Both the position numbers and the translations under genes were made by a program. A stretch of 64,000 nt of DNA. Origin: Stegostoma tigrinum. Its lineage: Eukaryota. Positions 24,641-39,419 of the stretch are shown in pieces (within the stretch, counting starts at the first letter, position 1; each line of letters opens with the position of its first letter). The notes under the pieces were generated by a model. That model was not told the DNA's origin. It made no database searches and was given only the letters and a program-made list of their open reading frames with translations. The DNA is taken from assembly GCF_030684315.1 (NCBI RefSeq), contig NC_081354.1, forward strand, positions 28,948,226-29,012,225, in the 5' to 3' direction.

Positions 24641-25519
24641 ATCTAGCAGCTGGAATATAATGTAAAATTATTCACTCTGGCAGGAAGAATAACAAAGCAG
24701 CGAGTTAGTTAAAAGGTAAACGGCTGCAGAATTCTGATGTGCAGAGGACTTTAGGTGCTCTCATTCATGAGTCACAAAGAGGTTGGATGCAAGTATATAT
24801 GCAAGCGATTCAGGCGGCAAATGAAACGTTAACTGTTGTTTTGACAAGAATTGAACATAAGTAAGAATATTATACTGTTGTAAAATATAAGGAGAGAACT
24901 GCCCTGGAAGTCCTCAACATTGACTGCAGACCCTATGATGTCTCATGGCTTCAGGTTAAACATGGGAAAGAAAACCTCCTGCCGATTACCAAATACCATC
25001 CTCCTTCAACTGATGAATCAGTATTCTACGTTGATCAATATTTGGAGGATGCAGGATTTCAAGTTCTACCACCAAAAGTGGCTTGGCAGCAGCATTACAA
25101 ATGGTCAGGACCTAAAGAATGTGGTTGTTAGATTAGGTCTGCAGCAGGTGGTGAGGGATCCAATAAGAGAACGTACGAAGTATCAAAGTAATAAAGTATC
25201 AAGATTTTTTGAAGACGGGTCTAGGCCCAAAACGTCAGCTTTTCGGCTCCTCTGATGCTGCTTGGCCTGCTGTGTTCATCCACCTCTATTCCAAATTTTC
25301 TTACATTCTATAACAGTTCGATTTTGCTGGTTCATATAAAAGTTTATGAATACAGAAATTATTTTTATTAGAAACCTGAACTTAATCTGAGAAAGTTAAA
25401 CACATATCCCAACTGTATCCAAGACGGTGGCTCTGCTGAATAATTTTCTTGACAGATGTGCTGCAATTAGAGAGTTTTTCTGTTATTGTTATGGAATATT
25501 GTTTTGGAATATTGCAGTT

Positions 25520-25798
25520 AAACTTTAAGGTGAGAGGGGAAAGATTTAAAGAGGACCTGAGGGGTAACTTTCTCACAGAGAGGGTGCTGCATATCTGGAA
25601 TGAGCTGCCAGAGGAAGTGGTGAAGGTAGCTAAAATAATGACATTTAAAAGGCATCTGGATGGGTATATGAATGGGAAGGGTTTAGATGGATATGGCCAA
25701 AGCTGGCAAATGGAACTAGGTCAGATTGGGATGTCTAGTTGGCGCAGACAAGTTAGAACAAGGGTTTATTTCCATGCTGTATATCTCTATACTCTATT
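25520..25798 (+). mobile_element. CR1/HER1 3' end fragment
   Basis: FKVRGERFKEDLRGNFLTERVLHIWNELPEEVV. Confidence 0.8.
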
Positions 25799-26320
25799 CA
25801 TTTAGCTTCAACAAACTTCCTTTCTTCCTCTTCTTTTTATTTCCTATTTATAGGGCCTTTAAGTCTGTGAGCTTAATTTAGTGGAAACACTTCAATATCA
25901 ATATCCTTTCATTGCACAATATTCAGAATGTATTCTGCAAATTTATTACATAAACATGTCATTTTATTTACCAGACAGATGGTCACGTTTCTGGATCTGT
26001 GACAGTGAAAAGAAAACTTTTGAAACAGAAGCAGGGTTCCCCCTTCTTTCCCAGTTTTATTTTTGTTCCAAGTTATTAGCTCCAAGGTAAGCCGCATCAT
26101 TATTAGTGCCAACCAGAATTTACACAAGCAGCCTTGGTGACTCTTTCACGATTGAAAGTAAATCACTCAACAGTTATCAGCTCAACACTCTCAGGAGTTT
26201 TCTTCTTCAATATCTCATTTGCAATTGTTTGAATAGCTACTTCAAGTAACTGAGCATAAAAATCTTCTGGATACAAGCAAACCACTACTTCTTGCTAAAG
26301 CAGAGATAGTTTACATTCAA

Positions 26321-26371
26321 GACAACAAAATGTGAGGCTGGATGAACACAGCAGGCCAACACAGGAATCCA
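26321..26371 (-). mobile_element. 51-bp PLE-terminus insertion
   Basis: gacaacaaaatgtgaggctggatgaacacagcaggcc; perfect TSD AGTTTACATTCAA at 26308-26320 and 26372-26384. Confidence 0.85.
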
Positions 26372-27379
26372 AGTTTACATTCAACTTTCTTCAATCCAAA
26401 TCACCCTTTCAGGGTTTCAGAGAAATAGTAAAATGAGAACAGGAGAGGGCCTTTTGGTCCTTAAAATAAAAGGCCGACCATCCTGTTTCACCTTTTACCT
26501 CCAATCTTTTGATTCCTTTAGCACCAAGTCTTAAATCCAACTCTTTCTTGAGATCATATAATGTTTAGCTTCACTGCTTTCTGCAATAGCAAAATTTCAC
26601 ATGCTCATCACTCTTTGGGTGAAGACATTTCTCCTCTGTCCTAATAGTTTACCCTATATCCTCCGATTGTTCCAATCTCATCTTGCCAAATACTGAGAAT
26701 GCCACAAAGCTGAAATTTACTTCCAGATTATCCTCCCTTGAAGTCTGTCCTTCATGTCCAAATGTAGTGATCTGGCAATTGAGTCAATCTTAGATGAACA
26801 TCACAAATTTTCCTGCTTTGCTCCAAGTTTTTTTCCCCATTCTTAGGATTTTGGTGCCACTATTCCTCAACTGTAATTTCCCTTAAGATTTTTGACTGAC
26901 TGTACCCCCCATGGGTTGATATCCCCACACAGTTGTTAGGAAGGGAGTTCTTGGATATGAGTCTTCAACGGAAGTTTCAAAAGAAAAAGAGAAGTGGGTC
27001 ATAATCTGAATGTAAAGCTTTTCAGATATGAAGGGAAAAGGCAGGGACTGGCATTAAGCGAATATTGCCTTCAAAGGTCCTGTGTAATATGCAGAAGTGC
27101 CTCCTCTTCAGTGCTGCAATCACTGTTCACAGTATGTGACAGTAAAATACGAAACAGGGATGGAGACTCAGAGAAGCAAGTGGATATCACCCCATAGAAA
27201 AGCTGTGAAAACAAAAAACACCCAAAAGCATTATTTATTGAGTGAATGGAACAAAGATGCATGTAACGAAAAGTTGGCCATGAACCTGCTGCTGTGTTCC
27301 AAACCATCTCAAGGTCATAGTTTTATTGCTCATAATGCTGATTACTCAGTTATTGGAAAAGATTCTCATGGGTAAGACC

Positions 27380-28232
27380 TATACGCATTTAGAAGCGAAT
27401 GGACTCAGTAACAAACAACATGGTTTTGTGCATGGGAGATCATTCCTCACTAACTTTGAGATTTTTTGAGGTGATGAAGATAATTGATGACAAGAAAAGC
27501 AGTTGATGTTATCCACATGGATTTCAATAAAGCCTTTAACAAGGTCCCTCATGGAAGACTCATACAAAAGATGAAGTCACATGGCATCGGTGATGAGCTG
27601 GCAAGATGGATACAGAATTGGCTAATCGTAGAAGACAGAAGTTAGGGGTGGAAAGATGCCTTTCGGAATGAAGGGTTGTGACTAGTGGTATTCCACAGAG
27701 GTCAGTGCTAGGACCTCTACTGTTCGTGGACTACACAAATGATTTGGAAGAAAACCTGGCTGGTCCAATTAGGAAGTCTGTAGATGATGCAAAGATTGGT
27801 GAAGTTGCAGACAGTGAGAAGGATTGTCAGAGGATACAGCAGGACATAGATCATTTGGAGGCATTGGCAGAAAAATGGCAGATAAAGTTTAATCCAGATA
27901 AAATGTGAGATGACACATTTTGGAAGGTCAAGTACAAGAGAATGGCAGAACCTACAGGAGTATTGATATGCAGAGGGATCTTGATGTGCAGGTCCCCAGA
28001 TCACCAAAGGTGGCAGGACAGCTAGGTAAGGTTAGTTTAAAAAAAGGCCTATGGCATGCTTGCCTTCATTGGAAAGGGCATTAAGCATAAACGATAGGCA
28101 AGTTACGTTGCAGCTGTACGGAACTTTAATTAGGCCACACTTAGAAAATTGTGTACTGTTCTGGTCACCACACTACCAGAAAGAATATGGATGCTTTGGA
28201 CAGGGTACAGTAAAGGTTTACCAGGATGTTAC
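27380..28232 (+). mobile_element. CR1 LINE RT fragment
   Basis: MDFNKAFNKV-like, TSGIPQRSVLGPLLF, VDDAKIG, IRPHLENCVLFWSPH. Confidence 0.85.
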
Positions 28233-28399
28233 CTCTGAACCACCTATCCTGCCATTGGATTTCGAGGTTTTTATACATTTTGCCATTTCTATCTTTATAA
28301 TATTTATCTCGGAATTTGACATGCCTATTCTATATTGATCATATCTGACATATACAAAGTGAAGTTAAATAGTGAAGCCCTGTAGTCCGTAGGCTTGAG

Positions 28400-29130
28400 G
28401 TCTTTGTCATCAAATACTGTTCTCTAGAATACCAAAGATGTGCTGGTAGACTGGAGAAATGTTGAATTTCACAGTTTGCATTTGTCCTCAATGGAAGACA
28501 TCTCTGAAGGTGTGAACATTAATCTATTGCTGTAGCATCCCCATGGATCTTGGGTGGTTGAGTGTTGCACAGTGTGTGCAAGCTAATGGAAGACCTTTAT
28601 CTTTTAGATCTTCAGCCTAAGGTCCAGTCACCAATGATAGTTTAGAGCTCAGCCTCAGCATATGTGCACACAAGTACTATCTCTGTGACAGAGGTTGGAC
28701 TGGTTTTCGTGCTGGATGAAAGGTCACACAGTTTGAACAGTTGTCTCTTGTCCAGCAGAGAAGGTACACTTCAACTGGAGACTTCATGAACATGAGGTGC
28801 ACAGTTCCAGCGAGAAAAATCAAGGAGAGCGTTAATGCAATGACACAACCCTGTTTGACCAAAAACCCACCATCCACACCCCAGCAATGCACATATCTGG
28901 TCTGTGGTGGATCCAATTAAAAGAAATGCAGCTTGCATGCCATCATCTAGCAAGTGGAAAGATTTCCTGACAATTGTGAACTAGTACTGTCCTTAATGAA
29001 AGCCATTCTTTTCTTAGTTCTCTATGGGATAAGTTCTTGGGTGCTTGGACTGTAGAAGGACTTGGCAGTGCTGAAGAATCCACGTATGCTTTTGGGGAAT
29101 ACGGTAACAGAGAGAGCGCACCTACTAGTT
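28400..29130 (-). mobile_element. RTE-clade LINE RT fragment
   Basis: VKQGCVIALTLSLIF (GVKQGC motif). Confidence 0.55.
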
Positions 29131-31580
29131 GAACTGCCCCTGTAAAAGTAGCGAAACCTCACTGCTGCCACAACAGCAGGCTGCACAAATGGTTCAGTCG
29201 CCACGCCCCTCCACCTCTTTCCACACCCACAATGTTGACTATATTTGTACTTAAAGTGTATTCACTCCATCCCCAAACAAAAGTTGTGGCTGGCTCCTAC
29301 TCGTTTCTGGTAGTCTTTCCCTCAGCAAATCATCAAGCTGCTCTCTTTTGAGTCATAAGTCAAGCTCGTTCCCATTGGCAACAGTGGCAGTCACAGCTCC
29401 TCCACAATTATCTTGTGGTTTCTGCACCAATTTTAACCCTCGCTTCTGGTCTCACTTTATAGCCCTGTCCCCCATCTGCATGTTCGTCATCTCTGCATTT
29501 GAACAGCTGTGGTTCAAAATCCCACGTCAAACAAGCAACCATGGTATTCATTAACCAGATTTTCAGTAAACTGGAGCACAAGTAGTCAACAGCTGTAAAA
29601 TGTGTCTGGTAGTTACTCAGGACATTTTGGATCTACTTGAATGGAATTTAGTTTTAGGTTATGTTAATTTATGTGATCTGCTGTTCTTTTTTGCTGGTCA
29701 AGTACATCTTACCCCTGGATTGATGGTGTCAATACCTTTCCACAGAGGGCTCTGGAGGCCAGGTTATTGAGTGTAATTAAGACAGAGATTATTAGTTTCT
29801 TGATTGGTAAGGGGATTAAGGGTTACAGGTAGAAGGCGGGACAATAGAGTTCAGAAACACATCAGTCATGATCAAATGGCAGAAGAGACTCGACAGGCCA
29901 AATGGTTTAATTCTGTTCTTACATCTTAGGGTGATCATTGATTCAGAAAATCAATTTTGCAAGGCAGCTGCAAAAATGGAAATAGATTTGATCCTCAGTA
30001 AGGACAAACTTCAGACAATGACAACATGTTGAGGATAAAAATCCAATTTTTAGTAATACTTGCTAGAAAACAAATCAAAGGAGAGAGAACTTTATAGCCA
30101 TCCAATGAATGGATGCCTCAAGTATCAAAATAAAAATCCAAAGCTCTGATAAATTTTTTGTCAGTCCAAAACAATGAAGGGTTCTTGGTTATGTGACAAG
30201 TTTGAAAACCACCACAGTAGACACATACAGAATTAATGGTTGCTATAATAGCTTCAAGTTTAATTGGGTTCATTAGTCTCTTTCCACAATCCAAAAGTAA
30301 ACTTTACGTGTTGGCATGCCCTGGGAAAAGGCAGCTTATGTAATTACTCACAAGTTGGTGCAATTAAATTCTATATTTTGGCCCCTGGTGGACCAGCCAT
30401 CTGGTTGAGCTACACCATTTAAAAATGCAGCCATTCTTTCAAAAAAGATAGGCTAAGTAATTACACATCAGTCAGCCTAAACTCCATGAAGAGTAAAATT
30501 ATTGAAGACTGGATGAATTGTACAGACTATATGAATTACAGAAAGTCATGAATTAATCAAGGATAGTCAGCACAGACTTAATAATGACAGGACCATGGCT
30601 GACCAGATTGCATTTTTGAGGTAATAAGGAAAGTCATGTGGGCAACACATCTGATGCAGCTCACATTGATTTTAAACAAGGCTTTTGACTAGATTACAGA
30701 GCTGAATGAACCACAAAGTAAAAGTCCATAAAATCTAAGGGAAAGTGGCAAATTTTATTCAAAATTGCTTTAATGACAGAAAGCAAAGGGCAACAATTGA
30801 GTGATGTTTTCTTTTCAGGATTGATAGGCTGTTACCAGTGGAGTTACACTGACTTGTACTCAGTCCCTTGATTTTTAAAAATCAAGTAAGTGTCTCAAAT
30901 CCAGCTATTCATAAGCTGGAGTTTGAAAGTTGGGCACCTTTTTGTATCAATTTTAGTTGAGTTGCAATTCAAAAATATTACTCAACGATTCAGATAGGAG
31001 CTGCACTAGGGCAATGTAGTGCCTGACTAAATATTTGCTTTACAATTTACTGTAACCTCTGCTTCATGCAACACTTGACCCCCATCCAAACAGGCTAATC
31101 CCAAACAACGCAGGGTCTGGCTGTCTCACCAGAAATCCAGTAACATCTTGAAACTAGCATGACCTTGGACTCAAGGCTGTGGGATTAGAGGGTTTGTACA
31201 AATCAAAGACTTTGGCCTGAGTAGAGAGCCTATGAGCCTGCATAATTACAAAAATTTGGCTGAGTGGCTGATCATGAGGGCAAAAAGTTGTAGATTGACA
31301 GAAGATATCGATGGTGAGGTCAGCAAAAGGTCATGGATGGAATTCAAATCAATCATTCTAAAGAAGAGTCAAACTGGACACAAAACATTAACTCTGCTTC
31401 TTTCTCCACAGAGGCACACTGAGTTTTTCCTGTACTTTTTCTTTTGTCTCCATGAATCACCACAACTGATAAAGAGATTGAATTAGTGCTGTTGGCTTTA
31501 TTCTGCACCATGTTCTAATCATCTAGCCAACAGAGCTAACTGACCCTGCAAGGAGAAGGGAAATGCAGTAGTAAGATACT

Positions 31581-31675
31581 GAGATAACACAGTATGAAGC
31601 TGGAGGAACAAAGCAGGCCAGGCAGCATCAGAGGAGCAGGAAAGTTGATGTTTTGAGTCAGAACTCTTCTTCAGA
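31581..31675 (-). mobile_element. PLE-terminus mini-element with degenerate hammerhead (31645-31674)
   Basis: Minus strand CUGAAGA-A-GAGU UCUG ACUC-AAAAC-AUC; flanking repeat AGATACTGAGA at 31574-31584 and 31673-31683. Confidence 0.75.
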
Positions 31676-34244
31676 TACTGAGAAGTGTTGAGGAGCAAAG
31701 AAATCTTGGAGCACATGCTCATTGATGCCTGCTTTCTTAAATTCATTACACACATCCACTGATATTATTTTATTAGCCGAGGCAGTGGTGGTGCAGTAGG
31801 TTAGCAATCCTGCAACCTCAGGCTAATGTTCTGGGGGCATGCATTCAAATCCACACATGTAGTAATGTCCTAGATTAAAGAAACAGGGATTTTTAAAAAT
31901 ACAGATAAAAAAATTGAAGATATCCATATTACTTAAATATGTATTTGTGTTTTCCTCTGCCTTTTTATTGCCGATTTGAACAAAGCTACTTGATCCCCTA
32001 GTGAAATGCTGCAGTACATTGTACTCAACACACACTGTAAGGGTTTATGGCTGAAACACTGTGAAACTGGCAAGGTTAATTTAAAGCAGCAGAAAGGGCT
32101 GGAATTAACATTTTTATAAATAAAAATAACCATTAAATAACCAGAAAAGCAATGTGCAACTCCTGTCAGTGCACATCCAGGCACAAGCAGCGTACTCATC
32201 TTGTAGTTACCTCAAATTTACTTGAATTATGTATTTATTTTTGGCAGAACTGAATAAGCATCTCACCATTCAAGGATGATTAATGATGTTTCATTTAATA
32301 TTTGTCTCAAAACTATATCCTCTACATGCAACACAGTGGCAGGATCAGTTTGTATACCTGACATGTGAGCACAGATCACCATTATACTAGAAGATGCTTA
32401 TAAATGGTCAACATTGACAAAGAATGCAAAACATTTTGGCTTAGCTAACCTCAGAATGGATCAGAAGTTTCTGGGATTATAAAGAACCATGGACAGAACC
32501 TCATTATTAATGCGCAAAAAACACAGCAATTTGCAGAGTACAGGAGGTATACCACGAATTTTGATTCTCTGCAGATTGCTTGATAATTTGTGTTGCTCTA
32601 CTGGTCTCGCTTAAGCTGATGGAAGTCCCAACTCCCTGTGAACCTCCCTATTGACATTAATGACAATCGTAAAATTGCTGGGTTTACAAAGTTAGTACTA
32701 ATTATTCCAACCATAGCACATAAAGCATGGTAATTAACATCACTGGAGACTCTGTTAATAACCTGATTTATGGTCCTGACGTGACAGTCAACCTTGGAGG
32801 CGCAGAAACAGTAAAGCTGTGGCTTCTTCCTGCAGAAGGTAGCAAACTGTTCTGGTGAATGTAAATTCACTAACATCCCCTCTCCCTCCTATCATCTGAT
32901 TTATAGCTATTACAGGATTGTTTGCTGTATCCTCTATAGTGATCACAGATGCAAAATGTGTTTTGTTTGAATCTGCATTTTCTATATCATCTATTAACTC
33001 CCCAGAGGACCAAGACTTACTTCACACTTCTTAAAAACACCTGTACCAAATCTTGATATTATTCTTGCATTTGAAATAGTTATTTTCTCAAAAAGGGGAG
33101 TCAGATCATACAGCATGGAAACAGACTCTGCTGTCCAACTTGTCCGTGCCAATCGGGTAGCTAAGGTTTTCTCTTAAAGCAGGGATATGTAAAAGCTTTT
33201 CCGGTGGTTATTCCTGCATATTCAAGGGAGATCCAGATTCCACCACTAGCCCCCCACCCATCCCCCCACAGGAAGAGTGTATCTCCCTGCATAGTTACAA
33301 GTCATTGACTTTGCACTAAATGAACTAAGGAGAGTCTGAAGGGTTACTGGACTAGCAACACTAACTATGCTTTCTCTCCACTCATGCCACAGGACCTGCT
33401 GAGTTTTGCAGTAATTTCTGTTTCTGTTTCTAATTTTGCCCTACCTGTATATGGGTGTTACATTATTCAAAATACCAAGCACCTATAACATGTGAGATTC
33501 CATTAATCCAATCATCACTAAATTCTATTTAGAACATTTAATTAGTAAATTAACATCAGACAACGCAGATGACAAACTGCTGTGCCTTTAGTCTCATTTT
33601 GAAGGGATACCTAATCCTTAATTTGCTAGAACATTTCATGTGCTATTCCCCCGACGCAAAGGCTTAAAGTCTCAGAATGGCATATCTGGCTTTCTTCTCT
33701 TGAGAATGTAAGGTTATGATTTCAATGAAGTTTTTCTTTATTTATTATTATTTCTTTATTTATTATACTTGCTTTAAAATATCCCCTCAAAATTTTTGCC
33801 GCTGCCTCTCTACTGATCTATCCCTTAGGCTAGTATGCTAGTTCATTTCAGCAAGGTCAACTTCCATGCCCACCAGTTACCCTTATTTAGATTTAAAATA
33901 CTATTCTTAAACCCAAACTAATTTTCAAACTGGATGTAAAATTTAAAATCATATTGTGTCACTGTTACCCGGTAGTGCCTTTAATCTGAAATTAATTAGT
34001 ATTGTGCAATACTAATGAGTGAAAAGATTAAGTCTAGTATAGCCTGCTCTCTAGTTGATTTCAGAATGTATTACTAAGAAACTCTGTCAAAAATATTCTA
34101 TGAACAACTCATCAGGCTACTACCGTCAGTCTGATTTTTCCAGTTTACACGTAGATTAAAATCACCCAAGCTTATTGCCATCTGTCACAAGAACTCAATA
34201 CTTTTCCCACATTGTGGTTACTGTTTGGAGATCCCCAGACCCAC

Positions 34245-34448
34245 TGCACTCCCTCCCCTATTCCTGTAAACCTGCATTTCACGTGACTAATTCACCTAAC
34301 CCGTACATCTTTAAACTGTGAGTGGAAACAGGAGTACGTGGAAGAAACCCACACAGACACAGGGAGAACGTATAAACTCCACACAGACAGTCACCCAAGG
34401 GTGGAATCGAACCAAGGTCCCTGGCTGCAAGGCAGCAGTGCTAACCAT
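34245..34448 (-). mobile_element. HE1-like V-SINE fragment
   Basis: Minus strand GGTTAGCACTGCTGCC...GGTTCGATTCC...GACTGTCTGTGTGGAGTTT. Confidence 0.75.
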
Positions 34449-34759
34449 GAATGGAAAAAGCAGTGGAAACAAATACCTCCCCCTTCCTTGAACTCCATAC
34501 TCACCAAACTCGCAGATTGCACTCAGTTTCTTTAACCGCACCTGTGGCCTTGGCTGCACTAAAGAATTCCATTCATAGCCAGCTGATCTGGACTTGAAGT
34601 AAACCAGATTCAATCAGTTACCTAATTAACTGTTCAGCTTTATCAGCGGGATATGTTTACCCTGTCAACATCATAAGAAAGAAATAAACTGTCTATTTAC
34701 ATAGTACTTTTTTGTTGCTGCTAATTACAGACAAGGTTAGATTTTAAGAATGAAATTTA

Positions 34760-36860
34760 AGAACTTGAAACTAAAAAAGTACTTTTGTGAGTCCTTGCTC
34801 ATTAGTCACTGAAAATGTTAACATTCGTGTACGGCAAACAACTAAGGCCACAATGGCACATTGCCTTTTGTTACAAGCGGATTTGAGTATTGAAGTAAAG
34901 ATGTCTCATTCCAACTGTAGAGCATCTTAGTGAGACTGCACCTGGAGTACTGTGTACAGCTTGGTTTCTCTTACCTTTAGAAACAGGCTTGCCATATGGG
35001 GAATACAATGTAGGTTCACAAAATTAACTCCTGAGATGAATGGATATTCTAAGAGGAAAGAATAAATGGACCTGGTATATATTGTCTGGAGTTTAAAAGA
35101 ATGAGAGGTGATCTCAAACAGCCAGCAGAGCAAACCCTGGGGGTGAACAGATTCAGCGTTTCCTGCTGGAAGTCTGAATGGCAAAGCCCCAATCAAATTC
35201 AGTCTGAGAAGCAGCATGAGTGCTGTGCAGCAGTGTAAACCTTCACTGAATCTAGAGGCAGACCTCAGAGGTGACACCAATGTCCAAAAAGTTGGTGAAA
35301 AATGAAGCAGCTGATTGGATGAGTATGGTCTGCTGAATATATAGCTTAGTCCAGTTAAGGTATCTTCAAGACTAAGTATCTAGAAAAGTTGGCAATGTAA
35401 GTTCAGGTTTGAGATAGCACAGGGAACACAAGTTGACAGGTATGTGTGACCTGTCATATGTGCAAATTCATGGGCCTTATCAGAGTTCAAGATGATGTAT
35501 GCAGGAAGTGATTCCAACTGACAAAATTTAAGCTTCATATTTTGGAGCTCGAGCGATGGCTAGAAACACTGCGACACATCCATAAGGCTGAGAGTTATGT
35601 GGATAGGTCATTTAGTGAGGTGGTCACACTGCAGATAAAAGGAACTAGGGGCGAAAAAAATGGGTGACCACCGGGCAGTCCAAGAGAATCAGGCAGGTAG
35701 TGTATCACTCCACTGTGGATTGCTCACAAATTGGTTTGTATTTTGGAAACAAGTGAGAGATGTGATACCTCAACAAAGTGCAGAAAGAGACAAGCTTCTA
35801 GCACAAGCAGCCTGACTGGACAGGAGGAGAGGAAGAAGAAAGCAGTTGTTTGTTAAGTGACAAAATTGTATTCACTTTAAACCATTACCTCTGGGAGCCT
35901 GTTCCAGACATTCGCCACCTTCCGTGCGAAAAAAATTTGCCCCTGTGCACCCTTTTATACCTCTTCCCCTCTCAACTTAAACCCATGCCCTCTAGTTTTA
36001 GACTGCTCTAACATGGGGAGAAGCTGTTGGCTGTGTCCCTTATCTATGCCTCCCACGATTTTGTAAATCTCTATTAGGTCACCTCTCAGCTTCCTGCGCT
36101 GGGAGGGAAAAATGCCCCAGCCTATCCAGCCTCTTCTTATAACTCAAACCTTCCAGTCCAGATAGCATCCTTGTAAGTCTTTTCTGCACAGTTTCTAATT
36201 TAATATTATCCTTTCTATAGTAGGGTTACCTGAACTGCACACAATACCCCAAATGTGGCCTTGCCATTGCTGCTGTATAGCAGCAACAAGACATCCCAAC
36301 ACCTAAACTCAATGCTTTGGCCGATAAAAGCATGCATGCTAAAAGCTTACTTCACCACCTTGTCTACCTTTGACTCCACTTTCAAGAAGCTGTGAACCTA
36401 TACCTGTAGATCTCTTTGTTCTACAACACTCCCCAGGGCCCTACTATTGACTGTGCAAGTCCTGCCCTGGTTTAAACAACCAAAATGCAACATCTTGCAT
36501 TTATCTCAATTAAACTCCAGCTGCCATTCTGCAGCCAACTGGCCCAGTTGATCAAAATCTCGCTGCATTCCAGATAACCTTCTTCACTATCCACCATATC
36601 ACCAATTTTGGTGTCATTCACAAACTTACTAACCATACCTCCTAAATTCTCAACAAAATAATTTATATGATTGACAAATAACAGTGGACCCAGTACCAAT
36701 CCCTGTGGCACACTGCTGATCACAGGCCTCCAGCCTGGAAAACAACCGTCTAGCACCACTGTATCTTCTATGTTTAAGCTAATTTTGTATCCAATTGGTT
36801 CGCTCTCGCTGAATCCCATGTGAATTAACCTTATTCTACGACCTACCTAGTAGTACCTTA
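34760..36860. mobile_element. Cluster of CR1 fragments (plus RT 3' part ~34760-35120; plus 5'/ORF1 ~35120-35850; minus RT ~35880-36860)
   Basis: VPQGLVLGPLLF...SKFVNDTKIG (36472-36819 minus); degenerate CxxC/leucine-rich ORF1 ~35445-35620. Confidence 0.7.
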
Positions 36861-36899
36861 TCAAATTCACTGGTTAGGGGAACTAATTTCATGCATTTC

Positions 36900-39250
36900 T
36901 ATTCAGGACAGTATTTAACATCAACATGAAGATGGTCCTTCAACGTACAGCGGAGAGCACTGGACCAAATTCTGGGAAACCAAGCCAGACAGGTGTTCAA
37001 GCTGAAAGTGGAGGAGCACTTTGGTGATAGTGACCACAGCATCATATGTTTTAAGTCTGGCATGGAAAAAGAAAAACATAGTCTGCAAAGAAAGGGCTTA
37101 GGATTGGGCAAAGGCAGAATTTACTAAAATAAGGTATGATTTGTTCAAAGTGCGGCTACTTTTGGATAAAATCACAGCACAATAGTGGAAGGCATTCAAA
37201 AGGAACTGGACAAAGTACGGGCCCAAAATGTTTCCTTTAGAGTAAAATGTAAGAACAAAATGCCCAAGGAACCCTAGATGTCTACGAATATTCAGAACCG
37301 GATAAGAAGAAAATGAAAGGCACGTAACACATGCAGCAAGTTGAAATAAACAGAGACCACAGTGGAATATAGAATGTGCAGGAGGATTCTTAAGAAAGCA
37401 ATTACAAGAGGAAAGAGGAGGCATGAGAAACACTAGCGGGCAACATTAGGGAGAATCCTAAAATATCCGACATGTGTAGCAAGGGGGAAGAGAGTAACCA
37501 AAGAACAAAATGGGCCCATTAGCAACCAAGAGGGAAATCTATGCATGGATCGACAGGACTGGTGATAAATAAGTACTTCACAACTGTTTTCACTTTGGAG
37601 GAGGAGGTTCTAAGTACAGTATTCGTGAAGTTGGGCTGTGAGGTTCTTGAGAAGTTTGACACTGAGAGTGAGCAGGTACTGAAGGTTTTCATGGGCTTAC
37701 AACTGGATGAATACCCAGGTCCAGGTGTACTGAATCTTAAGCTGCTACGAGAGACAAAAGGAGGAAATCACGAGTGCCATTACCCAAATTTTTAATTCCT
37801 CGCTGGCCAAGGGGAATTACCGGAGAATTACTTTTAAAGGTTCCACTTTTCAAGAAGGATGATACAAATAAATCAAGGATTTACAGACCAATGAGTTACT
37901 CAGCAGTTGTATGGAAACTATTAGAGAACATTCTGCAGGAACAATTTAATCTCCATTTAGAGACTGGCTTTGTCAGTGAGGCTATGCCTAACAAATTTGG
38001 TTGTATCTTGGGAGAAGGTGGCCAAGCTTGTACTTGAGGGTAGGGCAGTTGATCTAATCTAAATGGATTTCAGCAAAACATTTGACAATATCCAAAATGG
38101 AAGACTGACAGAGAAGGTTAAAAGCACATTGAATCAAAGGAAACTGGCAAGTGAACTCAAAACTGGCTTCTTGATAGGAGAGATGTTGGTGGTAGAAGGC
38201 TGTGTGACTGGAGACCTGTGTCCACTGGCGTACAAAGGCGATCTGTGCTGAGTGCCTGACTGTTCTTGCTATGTATAAACTATGAGAAAATCGATAGTGG
38301 TGGTTGTGGGAGGGTGGGGGTAATAAGTATGTTTACAGATGAAATGATTGGCTGGGTGGCTGACAGTGAAGTCCTAGACAGAGGAAGTCCTAAGTAACAG
38401 GAGACTATAAACTGGTAGGTTACATGCACAGGTCAGTGGCAGGTAAAATTTAACCCTGGTAAATGTGTCTAAGGCGATGCACTTTGGAAGAAGTAACAAG
38501 ACAAGGAAGTACTCAACAAATGGTAGGATATTAGGAAGCTCAGAGGCACAGAGGGGTCTTGGGATGTGTGTCCACAAATCCCTGAAAGTGGAAGGGCAGA
38601 TTAATAGGATAGTTAAGAAAGCATATAGGACACTTTTCTTTGTCAATCAAGGCATAGATTATAAAAGCAGTGAGATCATACTGTAGCTGTACAAGACGTG
38701 AGTTAGACCACAGCTAGAGTGCTGTGTGCAGTTCTGGTCACTGCACTATTGGAAGGATATGATTGCACGTGAAATGGCACAGTCGAAATTCACCAGGATG
38801 TTGCCTTGGATGGAGCACTTTAGGTATGAAGCTATTATTTGATAAACTCAGGTTGTTTTCTTTGGAGCAATAGAGGTTGAAAAAGGAATTGATTGAGGTC
38901 TATATAGATTATGAGAGGCATGCACAGGATGGATAGGAAGTAGCTGTTCCCCTGTGTAAAAGTGTCAATAACAAAGGGGAACACCTTAAGATGTAGGCAA
39001 AATGGAGATTTAGAGGGGAGCTAAGGAAATATCTTTTTGTCCAGAAGGTGGTAGGAATCTCGAGTGCATTGGGAGGGTATTAGGGGTGAGCAACTTCACA
39101 AACTTTAAAAAGTAATTGGATGACATCTTGAAACGTCATAACATTCAAGGCTAGTGCTGCAAAGATGGGCTTGAGTAGAATTAGCATAGATTTGACTGTA
39201 CAAACCCAATGGACCGAATGATCTCTTCTGTACTGTATGATTCTATGATA
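36900..39250 (+). mobile_element. Old CR1 LINE ORF2 (endonuclease end to 3' UTR)
   Basis: HFGDSDH, VPLFKK...YRP, MDFSKTFD, MHFGRSNK; 3' tail tatgattctatga. Confidence 0.85.
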
Positions 39251-39419
39251 CAAAATTCATTGAGGGAACAACACACAAGATAAAGTAAGATGTTTCCCTC
39301 AAAGACTGGGTGTGGTAGGGGAGATTACAGGATGAGGAGGACACAATCTTAAAACAAAGGGGAATACCATATTAGTAATAACTTTTTTACTCTTTTTAAA
39401 TATTGGCAAATAGAGTTGT

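Noticed and set aside
25972-26086. Exon-like signals on both strands (plus 25975-26086; minus 25-nt 25972-25996)
   Set aside because: Conflicting strands; no partner plus-strand exons; cannot be resolved without RNA data.
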